61,728 bases of DNA, filler included, from Rhabdomonas costata (GCA_019059605.1; 25 parts of 25 records of this genome joined end to end with filler, not necessarily neighbours in it); one strand, 5' to 3'. Positions 10,617 to 23,312 are shown, numbered from the whole stretch's first letter. Notes: generated from the sequence alone by a model not told the origin. A program made the numbers and translations.

Positions 10617-11803
10617 GCCATCCAAGCCAACGCAGGGCTGTCCAGCCCCATCCTCGGGGACAAGCTGCTGGCGTTCTGGAACGTCCGGTCACACCGCTCG
10701 GACCACTGCACGCTGTGCGTATCGGCGGCAATGGAACTGCGCCGAGCTACGAAGGGCTTGAGCTTGCCCGTGCGGCTGGCGTGCACTTCCGGGTTTGTTT
10801 TTCTGTACGGGTCGTGGGGGTCACCGCTGTGGCACTAGGAGCTCCATATGTCATATCTGCTACGCTGACAGCCGCTGGCTGATTTTCAGTGGTTGAGCTC
10901 CGAGTTGGCTTTGTTCTCATAGTTGCGTTGTATCCAGCAAAGGGATGGTCGTCAAGGTTGAGAAATTCCTGGAAATCGTTCCAAGAAAAAGGTGATACGG
11001 TCGCGTGCTCGCTGAGTCCACAGCAATGACCGCTCGCTGCCGAGATGGCTGCTTTGGTTAAGATGCCCTTTGATCATCTTATTACCCTTGATCTCTCAGC
11101 TGTCTCTTACATAGGAGTCACAACAAAATGATGCAAAACGAAGGACTCCTTATCGTCTTTGGTGCTGTGGTCGCAGACTTGCCGTGTTTGGCCCTATGGG
11201 GACCAGCACCCATCGTGCCTTCACGGTGGTTTCTACATGCATTCCCCGCGGCTCTGTGCTGCAGAAGCTGGCGAAGATCATTCCTTTTGGGGTGTGTGCT
11301 GTTATGTGAAAGATGCATGCGCGCTGCCCCCCCGCACACACGCTTTCGCAAAAAGAAAAAGCCAAGCAGCGAACAAACCCCTCAATCCCGGGAGCTGGCA
11401 GTGAGCTGGTGTGCGCTGCACCAGCTAGTAGACACGGGGCGTTGGCACAGTTCACGAGCAAAGGAAAGGGACCACCAGGTTTTGGCGTGTGGTCCGCATC
11501 AGGTTGTGCGCTGCATGCTCAACAAAATACACACATTGGTAATTGATTTGATAGCTGACGATTTCTTTGATTTTCGTGCGACCGTCCATCAGCTCGGAAC
11601 GGTTTCGGCATGTTGCTCTCATGGCTCAGGTCCTGTGCGACCGCACGACCCACTCCCACGCAAAGTACAGCTTCCAGTGCCGGCTTGCGATGGTGCTTCC
11701 GCTGGAGGAGGGGAAGACAGAGTGTGCCTACGAGGTGCTTGGCGACGAGGGTCGCCGAGGCGGCGGCGGCGAGAACGAGTGGATGTACCTTCTGCGGGAA
11801 CAG
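10617..11803 (+). CDS. Class III nucleotide-cyclase-like domain, 3 exons (10617-10792, 11177-11291, 11630-11803)
   Basis: Spliced: ILGDKLLAFWN...DHCTLCVSAAMEL...VRLACTSG|LAVFGPMGTSTHRAFTVV...LQKLAK...|VLCD...AYEVLG...EWMY. GT-AG introns keep the frame. Confidence 0.8.
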
Positions 11804-14603
11804 GTTGGGGCTTTCCTTTTTGGTAATGTGGGGTTTACCCTATCTTGTGACATGAGGACGTGCAGGAGACGAGATGAGCAAGTGCTGTGGCTTGTTGTCC
11901 CGTAGTAACCAATCGAACAATGGGGTAAAGTTGCATGAGTGGATATTTGAGAACTCCGGACAGGGCACACGCGGAGGCTTGACTTTTAGTGAGGCAGTCG
12001 GGCTCTGGTTCCGCTTTGACACACACACACAGACACGTAGAAGCAGCCACCATTCTCCTGTTAGTTGAAACTTCTGTTTGCTCCCAAGTGAAGTGGAATC
12101 ATCACACAAAAAGGGCTTTCTAGGGTTCGGCACCAGGGGGAAAGCGCCAAGTTTGCATCCATGGGGAGGGAGGGCAGAAAAAGTCCGTGGCCATGGTGGG
12201 TGGAATGATTGGGGGAGCAAACAGCAGACTTTGAAACCACCACAACCAAACTCACCTAACACANNNNNNNNNNNNNNNNNNNNNNNNNNNNNNNNNNNNN
12301 NNNNNNNTTAATTAATTAANNNNNNNNNNNNNNNNNNNNNNNNNNNNNNNNNNNNNNNNNNNNGTGGTTGTGTGTGCGCAATGGGCCGTCCCACGTGAGC
12401 CCTTTGCAATGGGTTTTTTATGGGGCCTGCTCAAAATGCGTTGATTGCAACTCATTCTCATGAGCATCAGTCGTTAGCATCTGTGTGTATCCGCGGGTGC
12501 CATCACACCAACAATGCTCGAATCCGCATGACATTCCATAGAGCCAAAGTGGGGAAGTACCTCTGCTCTTCACCTAACGGCGAACCGTTAAGCACTCTGT
12601 CAGACTTATAGCACATCCAAACCAAACAAATCTCGTGACGAAACCCAATAAGAGAACAATGACTAACCATGAACTCAAAATACACCATCCAACATCCACA
12701 GAGAACATCAGCAATGTGCAAAAGGATACGGATGGAAAAGTGGAGAATAGTTTAGAGAGAACAAAATAGAGGAGTATGAAACAGCACAGGAAAAACGCAC
12801 AGAAAACAGTAGTTGGAGTGCAAGAATCAACGCAGCAATCGAAACACTACGAACTTTACAAAATCAGAACGGCCTCACAACAACATATAAGAGTGTGCAA
12901 ATAACAACAATCACCAATTCAAAGCGCATCCCACTTGCACAGCGGTTCAGACCGCTGCGGATTTGGCTGTGGCTGCTGTTCGTGGGAGGCCTGAGTCTCT
13001 GTGGTGGTGATGGGCATGTGTGTCACAGGAGCCGCTGTGGTCTCAGGGAATGGGTTGTGGTCGGGTGTTTGTATTGCAGTGGGGATGTGACATGGGTGCT
13101 GTGATGTGGCGCCTACCTAGCAAATTTTGACATCCAAAGTGTGAGCAAAACAAGTGCGCAAATACCCCAAATGCCTCGCACTCACCGCATGTAGCTTTGG
13201 CGTGGCTTTACATTTTTGAACAACAATACGAGCTTGACTGAATGGGACGTTTGTCCGCGGTCCAAGCGTGTCGATACCCGGTTTGGAATTGTTGATGGCC
13301 CCTCATTTTACAAACAGGTTAGTCGGGCTCGTCGTCTTCATCCACTTCGTCTTAGTCGTCGAAGGAGTCGGTCGGATAGGAATAGATAGTGAGTGGCAAA
13401 GGCGAGAGGTTGCTCCGGCTGGATATGCGCAATCTGACTCCTTTTATTTTCCTTTGAGAGAGCCCAAGCAATGGTGACACTTGTAGTCTTCAATGCCTTG
13501 ATGGCCATTCTTGCGTTGACTGAGGGGGCCCATGGCGGTCGTTTGATCGTGGTGTGCCTATGGTTGGTGTCTGCAATTGTGTTAGGCATCGTTGGAGTCT
13601 GCATGTTTGCTGTGGTATTGCTAGACCCGTCAGAATGTAGAGTAGTGGCGGTGATGGTCATCATTCAACTCCATGGCGGTATTGTTCCCCAGGTTTGTCC
13701 CTCAGATGCGGAGGTTCTGGGTGCAGATTAATCCACTACATCCAAACATTCGAAGTCGTATGTGTCGTGGTAGTACTACTCCTCAGGAAGAGGGAACATT
13801 TGCTGTGGAAGGGGCTCGGTGGTAGGGTATTACTTCACCTACACTAGTTCGAAAGTTTCGGACTCATGTGGTTGTGGTTGGTGCACTGGCGGTTGTCTTC
13901 ATGATGTTCTTCTTGCGTTCTGCAACTGTTTGAGAGACTCAAGATCGTGAGGTAGAGGCTCCAGTGAAGATGGTGGGACATCTTCTAAAACTGGGGATCT
14001 TTGGTGTGATGCAGTGGGTAGAATTTCCTGCTGTTGATGTGTGTTAGGCTTCGCAAAGGAGCGGAGTGTGGACTGTGGCTCAGCCATCTGCGCCACCTAC
14101 CAGCGTGACTGGTTACTACTTGTAATGTTTCGGTGATTTAGGCGGAATTTCCAGCTGTAAATTGATGCCTGCTGGATTATTCAAAACTGTGCTTCGACTT
14201 GTTGGCGTAGTGTCCCAATAGTCGGTGTCTTCATCCACTGGTTATCCAACAAAATTCGATTGTCGGTTCCTGGAAATCGAGCGTACAGCGCATGTGGGTT
14301 GAAGTGATTCCACCACTTTTGCACTCTTAGGGTCTTATCAGCTGTTTTATAGTGTCTACAACGGCTCTGGCCGTCGCGGAAGCTGACACGTTGTTCTCCA
14401 TGTAGCTGGATTGAGCGAGGCTTCTCTTTCTTCAAGAAAGACATGAGAGTTGAATGTGGGGCGATACGGTGATGGATAGTTGCTCTCTTTTCCCTGCTTG
14501 TTGTGTCTTCCACAACTGGCGGAGTAGTAGGAAGTGCTAGTTAAGAAGCCTGTAATTCCGGATTATTTAAATCTGCAGAACGCTGTGGAGGTGATAATGG
14601 TAA

Positions 14604-14709
14604 TGTAACTGATCGCTACGCTTGCTCCCACACGCGCACAGGCTGCCGTGATGGTGACTGAGATTGCTGCTTATTGAGCGTGTGGGAGCAAGCGTAGCGA
14701 TCAGTTACA
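14604..14709. repeat. Perfect 32-bp inverted repeat with a 42-nt spacer (MITE-like or fold-back)
   Basis: TGTAACTGATCGCTACGCTTGCTCCCACACGC at 14604-14635 and its exact reverse complement at 14678-14709. Confidence 0.9.
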
Positions 14710-15522
14710 ACACCAATCAAACACTCTCAACACANNNNNNNNNNNNNNNNNNNNNNNNNNNNNNNNNNNNNNNNNNNNTTAATTAATTAANNNNNNNNNN
14801 NNNNNNNNNNNNNNNNNNNNNNNNNNNNNNNNNNTTGTTTTGGGGTGGACAGAACGCACGTTCTCTGGTCTTCACCGCCGCCCCGCGGCGCACAGCGAAG
14901 CGGAAAAGGGCAGCACATCTCAAGGATAACGTTCAGAGAAGCCCTGAAAGTTCCAGTGACTTTATTGGTGTTGGTGTTGTCCGAAGGTCGTTGCCGCAAC
15001 GTGGGTAGCTGTCTCCCTGTCGTGTCCACCGTGTGTGATAGGTATTTTCGAGTTGGTGGTTGGTGTTTCATACACCCACTGTTGCCGAGGCGTGCGAGCG
15101 CCCTACACGGCTGCGAGCGTTGAGCTTTGTGCCGGCTGCTGCTTGGTAATCGGTTGTCTGTTTCCCGGAACGGCGCTTTTGATTTGATAGTAGACCCTGT
15201 CAAAATTGTCAGGATGAATAACAGGTTGAAAAGTTACTCTCTGACTCTGACTCTGAAACAGACCACCTTGTACCCCAGCTTTTGCCGCTTCCGGTGAAAT
15301 CGCCTGTGCTGCTAAACCAAAGCGACCATCTTGACTTATCAGAACTGGTATCCTCGTCGTTTGCTGTGAGTCTTTTTGTGTTTCCGCTTCATTCTTCATT
15401 CTTCATTTGCTGGTGTCGCTTTACTTTGCGCTCTTGTGGGTTACCTTCTGCCATCTTGCCGGCAGCGCTCTTATCTTTTACCAAAAGCAAAGCCAAGGAA
15501 AGCACCGCGCAGCCTGCAAAGA

Positions 15523-16950
15523 ATGTGCGACTGTTCAAAACCCTCGGCGGAGCAGCTGAAGAAGGCGGAGGGGCTGCCGTCGAATGGCCACAAGCTGGTG
15601 GTGAAGTACGGGCCCTACATGAACTGAGGAACAATGGCACATCGGTATGGCCCGGACTTCTGGGTGGACCTTGGATTGGGGTTTTACACTTCACTGATCT
15701 TTCCTTTCCCTTCTGTGACCTTTCTCTTCTTGGAAACCGCTGACGGTTCCGAGCTGCTTCCTCCAATCTTGTCGTGGTGGTTGGCCAGCGACTAAGTTTA
15801 AGTTAAGTCCGTCTCACCTCAAAAAGTGACACCTTACAAAGGTGTGCACTTAATCAGGCGTTTTCGAACTTAGAAGCTAAAAGGGGTGGCGAAAAAACTG
15901 GGTTCCAGTGCTTATCCGTCGCGGTTGTTATTCAAAGTGATTGTCAACCGCCCAATGTCACCTCTTTTTTTGTGGGGGCTTGATTTTTTTCTTTTGAAAG
16001 CTGCGAAAGATGCGAACACGTGGAACAAATAAACAAGCAAACAAGCGAACAAGCAAATAAACTAAAACCCCATCAACCAACCTGCGAACTCACTAACAGG
16101 CAGTTGTTTACAATGAGAGAGATGGCAGGAGGTCGGGGCTTTACGGGTCCATCTCCACCGGTGAAGAGTCCGGCTCATCGCCGGGAAATGGTGACACCCA
16201 CAGGTCTGTGAATAAGGTGCCGCTAGCTGCCGAGCCACCGCTTTGCGGAGTGCGACTGCGATGTCACCTCTTACTTTTGAAGTGACGTGGGCTATGCGCC
16301 ACAGACTATCAGCTGATCGGCTGATACCTACCGTTTGCAGGGATGCCCTCAGTAGAAACGGCGGTGGGAAAGTAAGCGAACGAGCGAATTCCGCCTTTGC
16401 CGAAGCAAGTGGGACAAACGATTGTGTGCAGTAACCCGGAGCTACTCCACTTGATTGGTCAGATGTCTGCTATTGTGTCTGCATATGCTTTGCCCGTGTC
16501 GAATCGCATACGCACCAATAGCATAATGTCCAAATGTCGATGTGCCGCCTCCCTGGCTCGTGGTTTATTGGCTTGCGCAGGCCCCAGAATCTTCTTCCAT
16601 TGAAGAAGCAGCTGGAGGCTGAGGGGTTCGATGTGCTGCTGGAGGAGATTGAGGAGGAGGATCTCATTGAGATCTTTATGGATGGCAAGTCCGTGCTGAA
16701 GGGGGGCGTGCGGTCGTACAACTCTTGGTCCCCCGGGGTGACCAAGAAGACCGTGGAAAAGCTGAAGGGCCTGGCCGAGCCCAAGAAGCCCGAGGGCGAG
16801 GACGGTGAGAAGCCCAAGAAGGAGGAGGAGAAGAAGCCTGAAAAGCCTGAGGAGAAGAAGCCTGAAGAGAAGAAGGCGGTCAAGGCTGAGGAGAAGAAGC
16901 CTGAGAAGGAGGCCGAGAAGCCCGCGGCGAAGGCGGAAGAGAAGGAGTAA
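15523..16950 (+). CDS. UPF0728 (C10orf53-like) protein with an in-frame TGA (candidate selenocysteine) and a K/E/P-rich tail; exons 15523-15644 and 16581-16950
   Basis: Spliced: KLVVKYGPYMN*GTMAHR|PQNLLPLKKQLEAEGFDVLLEEIEEEDLIEIFMDGKSV aligns without gaps to the UPF0728 pattern VRYGPYxSCGxVEHRTxRLxGLQAVLxxxGHxVxLExIxDxNxVELxVNGExV as I recall it. The phase-2 GTATGG...GCAG intron keeps the frame. Confidence 0.85.
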
Positions 16951-17309
16951 GCAAGCTTTTTTCGGCCCTCGCTTCGAGTGGAGGTTCGCATTCTCTGGCG
17001 ACCTTTTGGGTGCCAGGGAGGACTTTGAACCTCACCATGCCCTCGTAACGCACCCCTCCCTCCCCAATCTCTCCGTTCTGCTCTCTCCCCAATACCACGC
17101 ACCCCAATGGCCCGTTTTTATAAACCGTGGAAAATTAGGACTCATACTCCTACAGTCTGAGACTGTTGCGGCAAAGAACCAGAACCGAAAGCCATAGACC
17201 CAACANNNNNNNNNNNNNNNNNNNNNNNNNNNNNNNNNNNNNNNNNNNNTTAATTAATTAANNNNNNNNNNNNNNNNNNNNNNNNNNNNNNNNNNNNNNN
17301 NNNNNTGTT

Positions 17310-19002
17310 GTGGGTCCACCTTTTCGCACAATCAGTGTGTGCGAAGGTCCGTGACGCTTGTCCTGCGGGGGAGAGAAGTAGGCCTCCCCCAGGGTGCCGT
17401 TCCAGAAGTTCCACTCCCGGACAATTGTGACGTCCAGATGCACCCTCATCCTCCGCTGGAGCTCCAGGGTGCAGTTGCGGAGGTAAGCCTCGGGGGGATT
17501 GTGCAGGGGAAGTGACTCAGATTCCGCAGGAAGGAGGTGGGGTCAGCGGACAAAGTGGCCTCGTACCGCTGTGATGTGGTTATATTCCTAACCCTCAAAT
17601 TGAACCTCAACCTTACAATTAATAACCTATAATGAGCTAGTACTAATACGGTACACAGACCCAACAAGAATATATACGATACCCTTTAATCGCTTCAAAG
17701 CACCGCGAACAACACAAGGATGTATCATACCGCTTCTTTACACAAACGAATGAACTAGGGCGGGGTACCGTACTGGCTATCTTCTCTTGGCTTGCGAGTA
17801 CAAATGGACATTGCGTTTGAATTGAATCGAGAGAACAAAAAGTGTGGGAGGAATGTCACCACGCTTGGCGGACCCCCTCCTCAACCTGGCAAACCCAAGC
17901 CGCGCAGGTTACACCCGACAAAGACGGTGCCCCCGGGGCGGGTCACCCGCACCAGCTCCGCAAGGCCGTTGCAATATCTTTCCAAGGGAGCTGCGAAGTA
18001 ATAGAGGTGGTACAAAGACCCAAACGAGACCACATGATCCACGGCACCGTCCGGGATCCACGGCAGCGCACTGCCATCCCCTGAGCAAACCTTGCTGTGG
18101 TTCAGGTGAGCCTGCGCAAACGCTGCCGCCACGTGGCTCAGATCAATGCCAATCCCGCAGCCACCCAAGCGCTCCTCCAGATATCTGATGCAGGCGGGCA
18201 AGGGCAAAGCCGTGCAAATTAGGCTCAAAGGAAGCAAAACAAATACGGCAAGATTCACTGCAGGTTTGGTTCCCTGAAGAAGCTTTGCTGTTGTTCCACT
18301 TTTCTTGGGTGGTGGGAAAGCCGTCAAATAAAGAAAACCTGTCTCTCAATCCTACTGCCAATCCTTCCTTTGGTTAATCCCTACTCTCTGGTTGGTATCC
18401 AGCGACCCAATTCAACCTATACCAAGTAATCAGGAAGTTGAGCAACTCTTTTTCCCACACTGCGGAGAACAACTCCACAAGAACCACAAACCCAAAAGAA
18501 GTTTTCGAAGGCGCATTTGCACGAAATGCCACTCATCTGGAACAAAAAGGATCCCAACTCTGGCATGAAAATTGAGATAAATGCGCCGGGGTTCACCCCA
18601 TTGTCAGTCCATCTGGTTTCTCCCGTCTCGCTTGTCAGGTGATATTGGGCATGACCTCAGAGTAAGCCCGGCCTTTTCAACTCCAAATGGGCAGACCCAA
18701 CCCTTCAGGCATCAAAAGCGAAATCGACCACGACCACGACCAGGACCACCACCGCCCAGTTGTAACCTGAGCTTCGTGCCACAGCCGCAGCCCCAGTCCA
18801 GCACGAGCTGTCCCCGGCCCACGCCAGCAGCACGGAATATGGTTTCCGCAACCCTAGCGTGCTCTTCGCTGGTCAGCGCCGCGAAGAGGTCCTTGCCCTT
18901 CGCGCAGCTCTTCCTGGCATAGCCATCATACTTCACCATGACCCCGGCGACATCCTGGGCAAGGTCTCGGCGGGGTCATGGGGGCACTTCAGAGCAGCTA
19001 GC
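17310..19002 (-). pseudogene. Class I SAM-dependent methyltransferase, multi-exon (18767-19002, 17915-18184, about 17310-17568), with lesions
   Basis: VLDWGCGCG motif I, GIGIDLS, DGSALPWIPDGAVDHVVS, ELVRVTRPGG. There is a TGA or frameshift near 18935-18978 and an apparent frameshift in a G/C run near 17492-17497. Confidence 0.75.
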
Positions 19003-19792
19003 CTGGACTCGCACGGGACCTAAGCCATGCCAGCACAGGAAGAGGAGAGCGGATGCAGGAGAATCGGCTTCATTTTTCACCACCCCCTGAAGGTTGCCGG
19101 CGGGAGGCAGAAGGTCAGGTAATGAAAGCAGGGAGAGGGAGGATCGACCCAATTGTAGACACCCAATATGAGTGCACAGAGTGCACAGGACGCTGTGCGA
19201 GTGCAGTTTTACCCGATTTCGAGGTAAAAATTGAAACGCTTCACATTCTGACAGAGAGTGGCAAATACAACCATTATTCACCACTTTCGCATCCAGAAGC
19301 AATCCGCAGCGCAAAGTGCGCTCATTGCATTGTATTGCATTGAGAAGGCTCAATACTCCACTACCCACGTGTCAGGGGAGGCAGAAGAAATGACAAATAG
19401 CTGACTGAAGGTGGGGATGCATAAAGCCGACATCCCCCCACGAGGAGCGGGGGTGGGGGAGACCACAGAGGGCGAGGAGGGCTGTCCGGCTGACCCCCGG
19501 GGCACGGCGCAGAGAAGGGCAACCCATAGAAGGGCCAGCAGAGACATCAAAAAGAAGGGAAGGGCAAAGTCGGCCCCACGCAAGCGAAAGCACAAAAGCA
19601 CAGCCCTCAAGAAGTACACAGACAGTACAAACTAGATACAGCGGAAATGAAAGGGAAAGGAATCTGTCAATCAAACNNNNNNNNNNNNNNNNNNNNNNNN
19701 NNNNNNNNNNNNNNNNNNNNTTAATTAATTAANNNNNNNNNNNNNNNNNNNNNNNNNNNNNNNNNNNNNNNNNNNNTGTGGGTGGGGAAGAC

Positions 19793-21680
19793 CTGGCCGT
19801 CGATGGAGACGTCCAGATAGGAGGGCTGCGTGGTGGGACTGGACACCGCGGGCTGGATCGCGGTGAGGCTAAAGGAGTTCACGAAGGTGACGTTGGCGGA
19901 GAAAATAATGGAGCAGGGCAAGGATTGGTTGTCGACGGCGTTAACGCAGCGGATGCGGACCTTGAGGTAAGGCACGTCGTAGAATCCGCTGCCCACGATG
20001 GTGATCAGCTGCCCACCGGTGATGTATCCTGCGAGGGATTGCAGCCGGAGACATCCACCCCGCAGTCGGAACAGCACTCTTCTTAAAGAGCGATACAGAG
20101 AGAGGACAGAAAGAAATTTTCACCAAAGCGACTATTTTTCGAGAAAAAACTAACCCCAAGGCCGAGGCTCATTGCAAGGGTCCATGAGAAACTGGCCGCC
20201 TGACAGACAGCAGTACACGCGTTTTTCTTCAAAAACAGAAATAATAATCGTCCAATTGGTGGAAACACTGCGTACTTTGTTGTGAAAAATAGTGCGGGAG
20301 AATGGCGGAGAAAGGAATGCCATCTGGTTTGTCAAAATGACAGTGAAAAGGCAAGGCAGAGGTCTGAACATGGGGGGTGGGGTTGTCACACCACGGGAAG
20401 GGACAACGCTGGTGACCACGGCGCTGGGAAGCCGCTTCAGGTAAATCTGGTTCGCCGTAAACTGGCTGTTCAGCAGGGAAACCTGACCATCACATCCAAA
20501 ATCGATTCAGAGGTTCGCTGCACTGACACAAACCAGAGGAATAATATCAACTTGACCACTATTTGTCTTGACATCGGGACACCCTTCCAACGTCAGCTGC
20601 ACGCGACCAATGAGGTCTGCATATACATTGCTACATTGCCACATTGCCAACCCTTCCGCAAATTGTAGCACGATAAATTTATCACAAACGCCCCCCCCCT
20701 CAAACGTCAACATCAAACTGTGCACTGATATCCCCAAGACCCTCCAGCGATGGAGCCGCATTGGCAGCGCCAGCATAAAAGAGGAAAGTGAAAAGGTGGT
20801 GCCAAAAACTTACCTTATGGACATTCTACCTTAAACCCTTTCGGGAATACCAAGTGAACCCAATTATAAAAAACACCAAATACATCTATTTTACAAAGAT
20901 GGACCACACAACGTAACACCAGCTCTTTTGTGCAAGCACAATTGTTGCTGCTGATTGGTGCGCAAAAAGTGCTAGGATGCATTACTCCCAGGTGAGGGTG
21001 AGGGTGTGTGTTAGAAGTGGGAGGGACCTCCAGGGCCTGCCCTGTGCAGGACGCCTCGGGGTCGTTCGCCGCCACGGGAGCCTGGCACTGCACACGGCCC
21101 CCGGAGAGGGGAATCCCGGTTACCACCGTGGAGCCGAACATGCACAGCGTGTTGTTCAGGCTGACCAGCCCTTCGCCTGCGGTGAGGTACGGGAGGTGCT
21201 GGAGGCGATAGTGGGGAAGTGGGACCGCGGCACAGGTTCCCATTTATGGGAACGACGTGCTTTTGTGTATGTGCGTGTGTGCTCTTCACGTGCCTCGGGT
21301 TTCCCGACACAGACATGCATCGTGCATGATTATGCTCGCCTCGCCTCTGTACCTTTTTCGCCACACCCCAGACATCAGTCTCGTATGTGTGCGTGTGTGC
21401 CAGGCGCTTAGCACACAGGCAGAAGCGGAACAACAGTGTCTACACCATCTGAGAATCACTTATGCACTGGAGAGATGCGCAGTGACCGGGTGTCTGCTGG
21501 CCAGAGTCGTGCACTCGCCCGTTGATGGTGCTCACTTCCCGAACCATTCCGGCTCACCGACAATGCGAGTTCGTCAGGACTCTAGAGTCTGTCTTGGTGG
21601 GTCCGTGGCTGTCGGTTGCCCTTGAAACGAGCTGGCGTACTGCTGGCATGGACCATATCGGATCGAAGACTTTAGCAACG

Positions 21681-21725
<45 letters not shown>

Positions 21726-22200
21726 GTGTGTGTGTCTGTGCCTGGTGCATTATCTGGAGAGGCCAACAGCTCCACGGACGGACTAGATTAACCCCAATGG
21801 GACAAATGGGGCTCTACAAGCAAACCTCGCTCGCGTGCGCATCGGCGAAACCCCAATTGTACGAGATAACGAAATCCACCCCTCCCTTTGTGCCATTATG
21901 CTCGACTATTCACGTCGTGCGGACACCAGATAGAATTCTCCAGCTTTTCTGCCGAGGACTAAACCTGTGAACAGAGGGGCGCAAAAGCCTGCTCCGAGCT
22001 CGGCAATTTGCTCGCCGGAACAAATCCATCGTCGGCACATGCACCGCAATGTAATGAAGAAGAAGAAGCACACCGGTGATGGTAATGTTGGTGCCACCCA
22101 AGCTGTCCGCCACGTGAGGATCCAGAGTGGCCACAGCGTAGAGAAGAATGCCAACCACACTTATGTAGGACAAGCTCGGGAGGATGAGCAGCGTCCTGGA
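19793..22200 (-). CDS. IPT/TIG-repeat extracellular protein fragment (exons about 22073-22200, 21028-21198, 20392-20482, 19793-20028)
   Basis: LGGTNITITG, CMFGSTVV...VQCQAP, LEVSL...FT, VTSVVPSRGYITGGQLITIVGSGF, LDVSIDGQ. The last three exons join in frame via GT-AG introns. Confidence 0.8.
21684..21735. repeat. (TG)n microsatellite in an intron
   Basis: Directly visible. Confidence 0.95.
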
Positions 22201-23172
22201 AGGCGGAACCCCAACAAACNNNNNNNNNNNNNNNNNNNNNNNNNNNNNNNNNNNNNNNNNNNNTTAATTAATTAANNNNNNNNNNNNNNNNNNNNNNNNN
22301 NNNNNNNNNNNNNNNNNNNTGTTTTGGGGACAAGGGTTGTGTGTCGGCGATGGAGGCGTAGAGAATGAGGCGTCAAAGGTCTCTCTGAATAAGTCTCCCC
22401 TGCTCGGACCGTCTGCGTTTCTCGTCTTTTCGGATAGGCTTCTAGGTGATTTAGCTAGTCGTGACTTCAATTGTGCTGTAGCCTTTGTGCACTGCTTCAC
22501 CAGGGTTGCGCTGAACTTTTTTTTCGGTTTCAACTTTGAAATGCCTCCCATTGGACTTTTGGCAGACATGTAATTTAACCTTGAGGATTTTTGACCTTTT
22601 CACCCGAAGAGAAGTGCATGGAACTTTGAAACGAGAACATTGAATTGAATTTAACTTTATGGACCCAGATCGAACTTTGAGGTTTGTGCAACCCTGCTCT
22701 CCCGAAACCTTGTTTCACACTGGTGCACACATTCGACATATTTTCTCTCACGCCCAGCGAGGACCAACTCTGCCTGATCTACAACCGCACCACTGGAAAG
22801 AAGCTTGCCACTCTGCGAGGTGTCCCGTGTCCTTCTTTGCGCACTGTTCCGTGATAGAAAACTGCCCAGCCAACCTTCTTGAACAAAAATGGGCACTGTT
22901 TGGCTATTTTTTTTCATTCTCACTGGAACCATAGTTGAGGGTGGGGAGTCTTCCCCAAGAGTCGAAATCTGAGATACGACCCGAAAAACACCCTTCCAAT
23001 TAATGCGGATTGGATGTGTGCATTCAGATGGTTTCTTGCCTGGGGGAGGGGGTGAAGTCGAAATATATTTTTTTGCTCGTTTTCGTGAACCGTTTTGTGC
23101 GTTTTCCTCTTTCCTTCCTCTCCTCTCCTCTCCTCTCCTTCCTCTCCTGTCCTCCCCCAAAACAAAAACAAG

Positions 23173-23312
23173 GCCACAGCGGGGTGGTGAACAGCGTGGC
23201 ATGGAACCCCGTGCTGCACGAGCTGGTGGCCAGTGCCAGCGACGACGGCACCGTGCGAGTGTGGTGCCCATTCCCCACCGCAGGGCAGCCCGCGGTGGAA
23301 GGCGCCGAGTGA
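23173..23312 (+). CDS. Terminal exon with a WD40 repeat, WDR26/GID7-like
   Basis: [31 protein letters not shown] resembles the last WDR26 repeat. AAG acceptor. Ends at TGA followed by a pyrimidine-rich UTR. Confidence 0.75.

Noticed and set aside
16470-17102. Long antisense and low-complexity ORFs in the track (also 31362-31634, 45858-46301, 46554-46917)
   Set aside because: They are shadows of real exons or translations of simple repeats.
17155-17205. TGAG...AAA... segment as a canonical SECIS
   Set aside because: Pairing is poor, no matching GA quartet is visible, and the contig ends.
18976-18978. Second selenocysteine candidate in the methyltransferase
   Set aside because: No known Cys alignment, an alternative frame explains the region, and the gene has another frameshift.
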